Source: Pyrodictiaceae archaeon
GTDB lineage: Archaea; Thermoproteota; Thermoprotei_A; Sulfolobales; Pyrodictiaceae
Assembly (NCBI GenBank): GCA_027036135.1
Contig: JALVSY010000016.1
Coordinates: 472,645 to 536,644, forward strand
Direction of reading: 5' to 3'
DNA: 64,000 nt
Below the pieces are notes generated by a model, which had not been told where the DNA came from, searched no databases, and was given only the letters and a program-made list of their open reading frames with translations. The position numbers were made by a program, and so were the translations under genes. Below, in pieces: positions 18,553 to 28,531 of the stretch (its first letter is position 1; the number at the start of each line of letters is the position of its first letter).

Positions 18553-18903
18553 TTACGTCATGCTTCTCAGCCTCGCGGAGCCCGCTAAGCAGGGGATGAT
18601 GAAAACTAACGACACACGTACCCCCACACGGGCAAGGGCACGAACCATGTCATCAGAGAGCCTACCAGTCGACACAACAACACCGGGCAATCTGCCAATC
18701 TTATCAGCCAGCGCTGACACCATACCAGCAAGCTTGTACGCGGCACTATGCCTACTAGGATCAGCTACAAAGAACTGAAACGAGAAACCACCATCACTAA
18801 GAGAATAGAGCGCGAGACGATGAACAGCCAGAGGGCAGCCACGCTTAGGCAAACACGCGACAAAGTCACGATAAATTCCTTCAAGAAAATCTAAGGCCAA
18901 CAC
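18553..18903 (-). CDS. Hypothetical protein or gene fragment
   Basis: 116-aa ORF abutting the truncated NrfD-like gene; no recognisable motif. Confidence 0.3.
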   Translation of the reverse strand: MLALDFLEGIYRDFVACLPKRGCPLAVHRLALYSLSDGGFSFQFFVADPSRHSAAYKLAGMVSALADKIGRLPGVVVSTGRLSDDMVRALARVGVRVSLVFIIPCLAGSARLRSMT

Positions 18904-18927
18904 GCAACACTGCGGAATAATAGCTAG

Positions 18928-19392
18928 ATATCAAGGCTCTTCGTAACTAGCGGCGCTAGCAGTGGTATAGCAGCAACAATAATAGCAACCAGGATACTAG
19001 GCAGCTTCACCCCTGACTATATACTACCAGAGTTCAAGAAGATTAAGGGGAAGTGGCTAGATATAGCGGGAAGGCTGCACCGCTACGACATACTAGTACT
19101 GTGGATGGAAATAGCGATGCTCATAGGCATGCTGATAGAGATATACATCAAGTGCGGAGCACTCCCAATAAAATGGCTAGTGTCATCAACTAGCGCCGCT
19201 ATAGCATTCTGGAGCTACCTAATACTTGGCTGGGCAGCACCAATAGCCATGTACTACACCATGCCTAAGAAGAACAAGGTCAACATCTACCTAGGAGCAA
19301 TACTGATAGCAGCCTTCGCACTAGCACTGAGATACGCTATACTACTAGCACCGCAGCTGGGCTGGAAGAACGCGGGATTCCCATTCCACTAA
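18928..19392 (+). pseudogene. 5'-truncated NrfD/PsrC-like membrane subunit
   Basis: Frame open from TAG 18925 reads LFVTSGASSGIA...LALRYAILLAPQ; N-terminal half and start are missing. Confidence 0.6.
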
Positions 19393-19412
19393 CGAGGGGA
19401 GAAATCGCTCTC

Positions 19413-19973
19413 TTACCCAGAGCTTTTTTCTTCTGCTCCCTTCTGGAGCATTGCATAGAGCTCGTAGAGCTTATCTATCCTCTTATTAGTCTCATCTATC
19501 CTTTTATTTACTTCTTCTATTTTGGCTAGTAGCGTAGCTTGCACAGAATCTATTCTCTTATTTGTCTCCTCGATCTTGGCAAGTAACGTCTCTTGTACTC
19601 TATCTATTCTCTTGTTCGTCTCGTCTATCTTTGCTAGTAGGGTAGACTGTACAGCATTAATCCTCTTATTTGTCTCGTCTATTCTCTTGCTGTTTTCATC
19701 TATTTTGGCCAGGAGAGTTTCTTGTACCTTGTCTATTCTCTTATTTGTTTCATCTATTCTCCGATTTGTCTTCTCTATCTCTTCTCTGAGCTCTCTTCTA
19801 GTCTCCCTTATCTCTTCTTTTAGCTCTCTCTTGGTCTCACGTATCTCCTTATGGGTTAGGTCTAGGTAGAGGAGCAATATATCCTCTGTACTAAGCTTCT
19901 GCTTCTTTTCAAGCTTCTCCAGAATCCTCTTCGAAACCTGGCTAAGCACCGTCGAGAGCAGTGTTTCCTCCAT
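19413..19973 (-). CDS. Coiled-coil repeat protein (PaREP15-like)
   Basis: Tandem 18-aa repeats KIDETNKRIDxVQxTLLA. Confidence 0.85.
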   Translation of the reverse strand: MEETLLSTVLSQVSKRILEKLEKKQKLSTEDILLLYLDLTHKEIRETKRELKEEIRETRRELREEIEKTNRRIDETNKRIDKVQETLLAKIDENSKRIDETNKRINAVQSTLLAKIDETNKRIDRVQETLLAKIEETNKRIDSVQATLLAKIEEVNKRIDETNKRIDKLYELYAMLQKGAEEKSSG

Positions 19974-20121
19974 TACTGTTGCCCTCTACCGGGCTCTCCC
20001 TCTACTTATCCTTGCTAAGTGGCGGAGATTACTATTTATAGTCTTGGCCCCGGGATGGTTGTTGTTCTTGTCCTGTTCTGTGCTGCGTTGCTCTTTTTGA
20101 CCCTGGATTCTTGTTCACGGA

Positions 20122-21351
20122 GTGCTTGGTGGCCCGGTGCTGCTCGCTTGGCAGCTCGTGGGCTTCCTGCTGGGTTACGCTGTCCTAGTGCTTGTCACTG
20201 TTCGTGGACGTAGCGCCTTAGCCGCTATTGGCTCCATGATAGCAGTCTATGCCTCGCTGGCATTGTTCCTCGCTGGGCTTGGCTCGGTAATTGGTTCTCT
20301 CCGGCACGTACTTGTCTGGAGTGATCTACGCGTATTCGTCTACGTGTTCTTTAGCTTGATGCTTGCTGGGGTTCTTAGGGAGACGGGTTACCTTGACCTA
20401 ATGGTTCGCGGAGCCTCGGGTATCGGGTGCAGGTTTAGCTATGCCGCGGTACCAGCCCTGGTTGGCCTCATACCTATGCCTGGTGGCGCCCTGGTCTCGG
20501 CTATAGCTATGCGGCGGAAGTACCTCGAAGAGTCAGGGATGAGGCCTGAGTGGGCTAGTTTCCTCAACTACTGGTTCCGGCACATATGGGTACCATCTTG
20601 GCCCATATTCCAGGCAGTGATAATAACCGGTGCTGTCCTCGGCATCGCGCCTGAGGCGGTTGTCTCGAGGACTTGGCCCGAGACACTGGCAGCGATAGCA
20701 GCGGGGCTAGTAGTCGGCTACCCCGCGTTCAGGCGGTACCGATGCACGCGACGGGAGGGCGATAAGCCAGTATTGCTCCTCGTTGCCGCATGGCCCCTAA
20801 TGCTACTAGCAATACTCGTCTTCGTTGTCCGCCTAAACCTCCTCGCCTCACTCGTCGCTACACTAGCAGCAACAGTACTCGTCCTAAGGCCCTCTAGGCA
20901 GCAGCTCGCCGGAGCGCTATGGCTAGCTACTAGCCCGAGGGTGCACGCCTTGCTCTTCGAGGCATTGTTTCTCAAGAACCTATTGCTCGCTACGAAGGCG
21001 CCGCCAGTATTCTATAGCGCTGCCGCTGGTCTCGGGCTACCAGCCTGGCTAATAGCAATAGTAGTGCCCTTTGTGATGGGGCTTGCTGCTGGCGGTGAGA
21101 GCTTCTTCGCGGCCACAACTATACCGCTCCTAGCAACCTATATAGCACCGGGAGGAGCCATAGACAAGACAATGTTGTTACTGGCCTTCACTGGTGGCTC
21201 AATGGGTGTGATGAGCTCGCCGGTGCACCTCTGCTTCGCGCTAACAGTTGACTACTACCGGGCAAACCCTGCCAAGACGCTCCTCCTCGCGGCGAGCGCG
21301 GCTCTGGCAACGATACTTATAGTGGTGCTAGGCATAAGGCCCATATACTAG
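20122..21351 (+). CDS. DUF401 family membrane protein
   Basis: GLIPMPGGALVSA, NYWFRH, SPVHLC. Confidence 0.88.
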   Translation: MLGGPVLLAWQLVGFLLGYAVLVLVTVRGRSALAAIGSMIAVYASLALFLAGLGSVIGSLRHVLVWSDLRVFVYVFFSLMLAGVLRETGYLDLMVRGASGIGCRFSYAAVPALVGLIPMPGGALVSAIAMRRKYLEESGMRPEWASFLNYWFRHIWVPSWPIFQAVIITGAVLGIAPEAVVSRTWPETLAAIAAGLVVGYPAFRRYRCTRREGDKPVLLLVAAWPLMLLAILVFVVRLNLLASLVATLAATVLVLRPSRQQLAGALWLATSPRVHALLFEALFLKNLLLATKAPPVFYSAAAGLGLPAWLIAIVVPFVMGLAAGGESFFAATTIPLLATYIAPGGAIDKTMLLLAFTGGSMGVMSSPVHLCFALTVDYYRANPAKTLLLAASAALATILIVVLGIRPIY

Positions 21352-21362
21352 GTCAAGAGGGG

Positions 21363-22139
21363 CTACCTAGTTATCCTCGTCATCTCTATGAGTGTCTTCC
21401 GGGCCTCGCTGCTAAGCCTAGCCCCGGCCAAAACCTTCCTCGCAAGCCGGGAGGCCTTCACCAGTATCTCGCGGAGCAGCCCGACCTCGGGGCCCTCGTA
21501 GCCAAGCTCCTCTGCTCTACGAAGAAGCTTAACAACGAGCTCGAGCTCGTTAAAGGCAAGAGAGCGCAGCACCAATAGCTCTTGGCGAGAGAGACGGGGA
21601 CGCACCGAGAGCTTTTCAAGCCTCTCAAGAATACTATCGGGGTCCAGGCTAGCTATTTGGAGGCGCAGGAGCTCAACCTCGGGGTCCCCTACCTCGTCGC
21701 CATTGCTCTCCTCGGCGTTGATACCAGCCTCGTACTCCTCAAGCGCAGCCGCTACCTCCTCGGGGCTACTGATTCTCCACCAGTGCTGATTCCTACTACT
21801 ATAGCTCGTCTCCACCACGCCGTACTCGCGCTCAAGAACCCTCAGGAGCATAGAAGGGTTATACTCAAGCCCCCATGCCCGGAGCCGGTTAACAACATCA
21901 CGGTAACTAAAATCCCCCAAGCGGACCCCGCGAGAACCCCGGCCAGAATAGTAGGTCTCTAGGATAGCACGTAGAACAGCATACCCCCTCTCCCCGTAAC
22001 GCGCAAGGAAATCAAGTACACGCTCCCTGACACCGAGCCTAAGCTCACTCATAGTCCCCGGCACCATTTCTGCTTCATAAACGGGGAGAGGGGGCGTAGC
22101 CCCACACATAATAGGTGTGTATTGCTGCTTAGAAACCAA
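21363..22139 (-). CDS. Conserved hypothetical protein, possible wHTH N-terminus (start probably ~22050)
   Basis: LGDFSY...YNPSMLLRVLEREYGVVETSY..NQHWW. Confidence 0.7.
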   Translation of the reverse strand: MVSKQQYTPIMCGATPPLPVYEAEMVPGTMSELRLGVRERVLDFLARYGERGYAVLRAILETYYSGRGSRGVRLGDFSYRDVVNRLRAWGLEYNPSMLLRVLEREYGVVETSYSSRNQHWWRISSPEEVAAALEEYEAGINAEESNGDEVGDPEVELLRLQIASLDPDSILERLEKLSVRPRLSRQELLVLRSLAFNELELVVKLLRRAEELGYEGPEVGLLREILVKASRLARKVLAGARLSSEARKTLIEMTRITR

Positions 22140-22243
22140 TAGCTAGATGACAAAATGCCTTGTTGAAAACCGAGAGTAATACGAGTGTATGCTTTATGAT
22201 AGTAGTGTTTGGTTCAAGCCTATTATATCTATGCGGGGCGGGA

Positions 22244-23113
22244 TTAGGATGTGTTTATAGAGCGAAGATACTTAGCAATGGACTTTGCCAATTCCTCGTG
22301 GTACTTTTCATCACTGATTATTAGCTCCACAAGGCTGCTCACAATTTCTCTTCGTTCATCGGTGAAGAGCAGCGTTATGAGCGGAAACATTGTCCTCGAG
22401 TACCGCTCCTCTCCAGCTACATGTTCAAGTCCTACAAGTTTTTCAAAGTACTCAGCCACGTGCACAGCACTATCCTTAATCTCGTTGAGCTTCCTCTCGA
22501 GTTCCTTGACGAGCTCAGCGTACTCCCTAACATGGACATCACTGCATCGTAAAACCGCTTCCTCGAACCCTTCTGGAACCTCTAGGCCAAGCTCCCTTGC
22601 AAGCATGAGCACGACGCTGGCATGTTGCTCACTCTCCTTACTGATATAGAGCGCTGTACCCGCTACAAGGGGGTCGTTAACGGCCTTAGCTAGTAGCTCG
22701 TAAGCCCTTACAGCAATAATCTCCGCCGCGTACGTGCACGAGAAGATTTCCAAGTAGTCTTGCGGCCTTATAACAGCCTCCTCCCTGGGCGTAATGCCTA
22801 GCAATCTATATAGTTCCTCCCACCTCTCCTCCAGAATAAGCTTGGCTAGCACCCTTGGCTTTGTCTCTAACCCAAATATCTCTACCAAGGGCCTTGCAAC
22901 GAAGATACAGATAGCCGCATCGAGGCCAGGGCCCTCGCCGTAGATGCTTTTTAGGAGAGACAATATAGCTGGTAAGCGCATCTCAGCTAAGAGCTCTACA
23001 TAAGTCTTATTGCAACATCTTTTCGCAGCTGTGTTTAGAAGCGCTAGAGCTCCAGGGGCTAGCTTCTTCAGAGCTTTCTCTGCTTTCGCTAGAAGTTCAT
23101 CCTGCAACGACAT
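22244..23113 (-). CDS. Ferritin-like di-iron domain protein with N-terminal helical extension
   Basis: E..A...Y, ESEQH, LE...E..Y, DEKYH motifs. Confidence 0.75.
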   Translation of the reverse strand: MSLQDELLAKAEKALKKLAPGALALLNTAAKRCCNKTYVELLAEMRLPAILSLLKSIYGEGPGLDAAICIFVARPLVEIFGLETKPRVLAKLILEERWEELYRLLGITPREEAVIRPQDYLEIFSCTYAAEIIAVRAYELLAKAVNDPLVAGTALYISKESEQHASVVLMLARELGLEVPEGFEEAVLRCSDVHVREYAELVKELERKLNEIKDSAVHVAEYFEKLVGLEHVAGEERYSRTMFPLITLLFTDERREIVSSLVELIISDEKYHEELAKSIAKYLRSINTS

Positions 23114-23210
23114 TACCTCCCTAGCATTATTTATTCCTGCCCGTATTAGGAAAAGTCTCTAGTTAGAGAATTAGGTGAAAAGAAGGCCTTAAATAACTAT
23201 TGATAATCAT

Positions 23211-23225
23211 CCGAAAATTTTCGGC
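23211..23225. promoter_or_regulatory. Perfect 15-bp palindrome CCGAAAA-T-TTTTCGG upstream of the ferritin-like gene TATA
   Basis: About 16 bp upstream of minus-strand TATTTAAG (23188-23195). Confidence 0.55.
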
Positions 23226-23445
23226 ACACCTCTCTTGGGAGAAGTGCTGCCGCCGCGTCCTATCTTGCACCAATTATGGAGAGGAGTGTATGCCGACCAC
23301 TCTAGCCCAGGAATAATTACTTCATTTCCATCTCTCTATTAGGTTCATGATTAGAGGAATTAGTAGGAAAGAGGCGATATTTTGTTCCCCGTCATTGTTG
23401 GAGCCTTTTTTACAACAAAATGAATGAGGGAAATGTTTACGTGGT

Positions 23446-24948
23446 TTAGCGCTTATTGGTGCTCTTGAGTAAGCGTAGTAGTTCTATTGTTGTTCTTACT
23501 CCCCAGCCTGTTGCTCCTCCCGGATAGTAGGGTTTCCATGGGCCCTTCTCCTGGACCCATGCTACTCCTGCTATGTCTAGGTGTATCCATGGCTTGTCCT
23601 CGACGAATTTCTCTAGGAACTTTGCAGCTGTTATCGCGCCAGCGGGTCTTCCCCCGACGTTGTTTGTGTCGGCTACCTTGCTTTCTAGCTGCTTGGCGTA
23701 GACGGGCCATAGTGGTAGCCGCCAGACCGGTTCCCCGGCTCGTTTAGCGGCCTCCTCTACCCGTTTCGCTGCCTCCTCGTTGTTGCTGAACATTGCTGCT
23801 GCGTGGTTCCCTAGCGCTACCACGGCTGCGCCGGTCAGTGTCGCGTAGTCCATTATGAGTCTTGGGTTGTATTTCTCAGCTGCGTAGGCAAGGGCGTCTG
23901 CTAGTATGAGCCTGCCCTCCGCGTCTGTGTTCCCTATCTCGACAGTGGTGCCGTTGTACATCCGTATCACGTCTAGTGGCTTGTAGCTCCTCCCGCTAGG
24001 AAGGTTCTCGACAACTGGTATGAGCGCCACTATCCTCAGCGGTAGCTTTAGCCTAGCAGCGGCAACTATGGCTCCTATTGCTGTTGCTCCTCCACACTTA
24101 TCGTACTTCATCTCGAGCATTGACTGCGGCGGCTTGAGGTCGAGGCCGCCAGCATCAAAGGTCACCGCCTTGCCCACTAGCGCTACTGTCTCGTCGCCGC
24201 CGTTGTACTCGAGTATGATTAGCCGCGGCTCCACGTCGCTCCCGCGACCAACGGCCAGTATACCGCCCATGCCCAGGGTCTCAAGGTCCCCTCTGTGGAG
24301 AACCCTTATTCCTAGGCCTAGGCGCTCAGCTAGCTCCCGGGCAAAGTGCTCCAGCCTCACAGGGTTCATGTCGCTGGGCGGCGCGTTACCAATATCCCTT
24401 GCCACGCGTACGCCCTCCGCTATTGCTCTAGCCCTTTCAGCTGCGTCTTCGGTGCCGGGCACCACGCCTATCTCGGTCAAGACGTGCGGCGGCTCCTCCC
24501 TGCCCCGGAGAGAATAGGCATAGTTAGCCATGTCGGCCGCGACCATTAGTTGCTCAACAACCCAGTCAGTACCCACTCCGGCCTCGGCTGCTGCGGCCTC
24601 AACAAGACCCTCACTAACAATAATCCCCAGCTTCTTGACCTGCTTCCTAGAACGAGCAAGCTTAATAGCGGAAGCAACACCAACCCTCAGCCTCTCGACA
24701 GCGTCTAGCCAGTCGCTACGAGAACCAGCACCGCTCAGGATAATCCGGGGCGGCTTCTTACCGGGATCATAGACGAGCACGGTCTCCTCGAGACCCGCGC
24801 GGAAATCACCCAGCTCCAAAACCTTGGCAGCAACACGGCTAACTCCGCGAATCCTCTCCAAGCTCTTCTCAATCTCGGCCGAGAACACATAGGCTACAGC
24901 ATCTACCTCATCGGGCTTAAACCCAGACCTAATACTACCACGCAACAA
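23446..24948 (-). CDS. pepA: Leucyl aminopeptidase (M17)
   Basis: VGKAVTFDAGG, MKYDKCG, NTDAEGRL, ATLTGA, HLDIAG. Confidence 0.95.
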   Translation of the reverse strand: MLRGSIRSGFKPDEVDAVAYVFSAEIEKSLERIRGVSRVAAKVLELGDFRAGLEETVLVYDPGKKPPRIILSGAGSRSDWLDAVERLRVGVASAIKLARSRKQVKKLGIIVSEGLVEAAAAEAGVGTDWVVEQLMVAADMANYAYSLRGREEPPHVLTEIGVVPGTEDAAERARAIAEGVRVARDIGNAPPSDMNPVRLEHFARELAERLGLGIRVLHRGDLETLGMGGILAVGRGSDVEPRLIILEYNGGDETVALVGKAVTFDAGGLDLKPPQSMLEMKYDKCGGATAIGAIVAAARLKLPLRIVALIPVVENLPSGRSYKPLDVIRMYNGTTVEIGNTDAEGRLILADALAYAAEKYNPRLIMDYATLTGAAVVALGNHAAAMFSNNEEAAKRVEEAAKRAGEPVWRLPLWPVYAKQLESKVADTNNVGGRPAGAITAAKFLEKFVEDKPWIHLDIAGVAWVQEKGPWKPYYPGGATGWGVRTTIELLRLLKSTNKR

Positions 24949-24971
24949 GGCCTAATCTCCTCTTCTCTGCC

Positions 24972-25856
24972 GTGTCTCAGCATAGAGACGATGATATGGG
25001 ACAAAAATACCCCACTACGAAGGGTAAGGGGCCTTATACCACTCAGCGTATATGCTACCAAATAGTTAACATGGATAATTCGTCTCGGGGGAAGCACGTG
25101 CAGAAAGGGAGCGAAAACGATGAAGGAAAGTGCAGCTCTATTACGAGTATCTACTTGTTGGAGGCCTTGGAGAAACCTGGCTGCCCTATATGCAGGCTTA
25201 TCGAGGATGCTGAGAGACAAGTGATAAAGAGCATTCTCTATGAGTACGTTAATGACCCTGGTGTGCGCGGCGAGATTAGGAGGAGCTGGGGGCTCTGTAC
25301 TCATCATGCCTGGTTGTTTCTCCGCCTCGCGCTGAGCCCTGAGACCGCGGGAATGCTTGGCGCCGCCATTATCTATGAGGACGTGGTCTCGGAGCTACTT
25401 GATAGGCTCTCGGGTGGCGAGGTACCATTGGATGATGCGGCTTGCCCCGTGTGCCGAGCAGCTAGGGAGACAGAGGATATCTACGTGGCTGAGTTCAGGA
25501 GATGCTATAACGAGTCCCCGGGCTTCCGCACACTCTATGCCCAGAGCCCAGCTATTCTCTGTAGACACCACTTAGCCCTTGTTTTACAAGGCCTTAGCAA
25601 GGAGGCCCGTGACGCGCTCCTGGAGCAACAACGGGCAAAACTAATGGATGTGAGGAAGAGGCTGGAGAGCCTCATAAATAAGCATGACTACCGGAACAAG
25701 GAGCCGATAACGAGAAGGGAGCAGGAAGCCCTATGGGAGGCGGTGGAGGCTCTAAGGGGGAGAGAAACCTCCGTAACTCTTTGCACTCCTCGCCGCCTAG
25801 GAAATAGGGGCTCGAGTGGCTTGCTGAAGAGATTGCTGCGTAAGGGGCACGCCTAG
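24972..25856 (+). CDS. DUF6062-like Cys/His protein (start probably downstream)
   Basis: CPIC...GLCTHH and CPVC...LCRHH duplicated motifs. Confidence 0.75.
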   Translation: MSQHRDDDMGQKYPTTKGKGPYTTQRICYQIVNMDNSSRGKHVQKGSENDEGKCSSITSIYLLEALEKPGCPICRLIEDAERQVIKSILYEYVNDPGVRGEIRRSWGLCTHHAWLFLRLALSPETAGMLGAAIIYEDVVSELLDRLSGGEVPLDDAACPVCRAARETEDIYVAEFRRCYNESPGFRTLYAQSPAILCRHHLALVLQGLSKEARDALLEQQRAKLMDVRKRLESLINKHDYRNKEPITRREQEALWEAVEALRGRETSVTLCTPRRLGNRGSSGLLKRLLRKGHA

Positions 25857-25936
25857 GGCAAAGACGCTGGTAGAGTCCCGTGGAAGGTGCTGGGGATAGC
25901 ACTAATAACCAGGGAGTCTTTGTCCCCTTGTCTCAT

Positions 25937-26012
25937 GTGGCTGCGATGATTTGACGCTGGGGCCCAACCCTTGGGGAGGGGAGGACGAGCCTGTGCAACA
26001 CTGAGCAGCCAC
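25937..26012 (+). ncRNA. C/D box sRNA
   Basis: Terminal stem GTGGCTGC/GCAGCCAC, C-like GCGATGA, C'-like GGACGA, D box CTGA 26001-26004, ~12-nt guides. Confidence 0.75.
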
Positions 26013-26062
26013 GCCTAACCCATTTAAACAAGTGTTAATACTGCTCCTCGTGGAGAGCCGCG

Positions 26063-26458
26063 ATGACCCCGTGCCCGTGCAGCAAGGGCTCCTCGGTACA
26101 CGACCTCGTTACCTGCCTTGCTCCTCCACCGGGTGACTACGAGGTCGTGTTAGAGGGTTTCGCGGGCGCCTCCGTGGTTATCAATGACGAGGGAATCTGG
26201 GTTCGCAGTGTTACTCGCGATGAGTGGCTCCCGTTTATGGAGTCGCGTGACCGCCCAGCCTCGAGTGCTGCTCTTGAGCAGGCTCTCCGCCTAAACAATC
26301 TCAGCTGGGAAGGTCTCCTATGCATGGTTGCTCAGGGTCTCGTGGAGGCTGCTAGGCATGGCTCCCTGAGGGCTAGGAGGAGGCTAGAGGCCTGTAGAGA
26401 ACTAGTCGCGGAGGTATTGTCTCGTTGTGGAGAGGGGCTAGGGGATCTTCAAGTCTAG
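26063..26458 (+). CDS. Hypothetical protein
   Basis: 131-aa ORF with upstream TTTAAA box. Confidence 0.65.
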   Translation: MTPCPCSKGSSVHDLVTCLAPPPGDYEVVLEGFAGASVVINDEGIWVRSVTRDEWLPFMESRDRPASSAALEQALRLNNLSWEGLLCMVAQGLVEAARHGSLRARRRLEACRELVAEVLSRCGEGLGDLQV

Positions 26459-27364
26459 TCGCTCAAAGTACCTAGCCATGGCTAGTACTAGGCCTATTAT
26501 CGCTACCGTTGTCGCAGCAGCCGAGACAAGTAGTAGCCTTGCTATCGTTACCCCGGTGTCTATGTCTGAGACCGTGTAGCTCGCCCCGGGCCCGGAGACC
26601 GCGGCGTCTAGGACTAGGCGTGGGAGCATGAATGAGTGTATGGGCTCTGCGGCGCTAGCATAGCTCGTTACCCTCATCATCTTAGCTGTCTCGCCCCTCA
26701 TCATGTAGGGTAGCGCTATTAGCGAGGTTGCTATGCTCAGCACGAAGTATATTACGAGGCCAGCTGCTATCGTTGTACCGCTCTTAGCGCTCCTTAGCCC
26801 TATTAGCCCGGTCACAGCCAGCATCGGGATACTCGCCGCCGCGGCGAGAACAGCGTAGACTGGTATGAGCCATGGCATGCTCTGCTCCCCGGCCAGGATA
26901 TAGAAGGAGGCGTAAGCGGCTAGCCCGGCCTCTAGGAAGAGGAGCAGTAGGACGAGGTAAGCCGCAGCAGTCTTCGCTGCTACTAGGCCGCGGCGAGACA
27001 CTGGCCTCGTTACGAGGAGCGAGAGCCTCCCAGAGGCAGTGTCGGAGGCGAATAAGTAGGCAGCAAATATTACTGCTACTAGCCAGGCGAAACTAGCTAT
27101 GTTGAGTACAGTCATCCCGCCCATAATACTGGCAGCGTACTCCATTACTCTTCCTAGGCCCTTTGGGGTCACTCCTAGCGCTACGAGCCAGAGCTCGCTC
27201 GTATTAATCCCTATGCTCCGGAGCTTCTCGAATACTGGCAAGTAGTGGCCTCGGAGCACAGCAGCAACAATAACTGGGACAACGGGGAGCAATAGCAGTG
27301 CTTGCACGACGCGCTTGCCCATCAGCCTACGCGTCTCTATGGCTATGAGGCGGCTAAGCACCAA
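26438..27364 (-). CDS. ABC-2 type exporter permease
   Basis: 6 TM, G.LSLLVTRPVSR..LV.AK motif. Confidence 0.88.
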   Translation of the reverse strand: MVLSRLIAIETRRLMGKRVVQALLLLPVVPVIVAAVLRGHYLPVFEKLRSIGINTSELWLVALGVTPKGLGRVMEYAASIMGGMTVLNIASFAWLVAVIFAAYLFASDTASGRLSLLVTRPVSRRGLVAAKTAAAYLVLLLLFLEAGLAAYASFYILAGEQSMPWLIPVYAVLAAAASIPMLAVTGLIGLRSAKSGTTIAAGLVIYFVLSIATSLIALPYMMRGETAKMMRVTSYASAAEPIHSFMLPRLVLDAAVSGPGASYTVSDIDTGVTIARLLLVSAAATTVAIIGLVLAMARYFERLDLKIP

Positions 27365-28304
27365 CCTTCTCGCCCCTAGCAGCCCTGGCTATTAGCTCCA
27401 GGTAGGCCTCCTCGAGGCTCCTACCCCTTAGACGAGACTCGTACACCATGAAGCCCCTTGAGGAGAGTAAGGAGACAACCCTTGCCGCGTCCTCCCGCGA
27501 GCCCAGGCGAACAACAAGCCGCGAGCCACTAGTCTCGGCCACATAGCCCTCCTCTCTCAGCAGCCTCGCCGCCTCCTCGAGGCGGTCAACACTGAGCTCG
27601 GCAACTATTCCTCTACCAGCCATTCTTGCGAGCTCCTCGAGTGCTCCGCTATAGAGCACCCTGCCTCCATAGATTATGGTGACGCTCTCTGCTAGCTCCT
27701 CTACCTCGCGGAGCAAGTGGCTACTAAGCAAGACGGTTGCTCCTCGCCCGAGCTGGGAGACTAGGCTACGTGCCCAGGCAACCGCCTCGGGGTCCAAGCC
27801 GCTAAAAGGCTCATCAAGCACGTAGAGGCTGCGTGGCCGCAGCAATGCCTGGGCGAAGTAGAGCCTCTTCCTCTCACCCTTACTAAGCCCCTTGACCCTC
27901 CTATCAGCGAGTCTATCAAGCCCTACTTCCTCGAGGACGCGGCGAGCCTCCCTACGAGCACTGAGCTTATCGAGTCCCTCGATGAGCGCTAGCTCCTCCA
28001 AGAGCTCCACGGCAACACAGTCATTGGGGAGAACGGGGACCTCAGCTACATAGCCTATTTCGCCGCGAAGCCTCCAGCCACGGGGACTAAGCAAGTCCTC
28101 CCCATTGAATAATACCTTGCCGGCATCGGGGACAACGAGGCCAACAATACTCTTCAACGTAGTAGTCTTACCGGCTCCATTAGGCCCGACAAGCCCATGA
28201 ACGCCCTTGCCAGCGTTAAAACTGACACCATCAACAGCGACTACCCTGCCATAACGCTTCCGGAGCCCACGAACCTCAAGCACAGCCATGGCAACAAGCA
28301 CCAC
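27354..28304 (-). CDS. ABC transporter ATP-binding protein
   Basis: GPNGAGKT, LSKGE, LDEP, SSH. Confidence 0.95.
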   Translation of the reverse strand: MVLVAMAVLEVRGLRKRYGRVVAVDGVSFNAGKGVHGLVGPNGAGKTTTLKSIVGLVVPDAGKVLFNGEDLLSPRGWRLRGEIGYVAEVPVLPNDCVAVELLEELALIEGLDKLSARREARRVLEEVGLDRLADRRVKGLSKGERKRLYFAQALLRPRSLYVLDEPFSGLDPEAVAWARSLVSQLGRGATVLLSSHLLREVEELAESVTIIYGGRVLYSGALEELARMAGRGIVAELSVDRLEEAARLLREEGYVAETSGSRLVVRLGSREDAARVVSLLSSRGFMVYESRLRGRSLEEAYLELIARAARGEKVGA

Positions 28305-28531
28305 TAGCCAACAAGAAGCAACAAGGGACAGCTCCCTAGCTCACTAAGGGGAGGGGCCAAGGAAGACAAATATATCTTGCGCATAGAGCCTAATAGAGCC
28401 ATAAGGATCGGTCAAGACAGCCCTGACACGCCAACCACTACACAGGTTTTTTGACGACAATTCTTCGCTGAAGATACCCACAACTACTGGAAGCACCTAA
28501 TGCTGTCAAGGAAAGAAGTCATAGACCGCGG

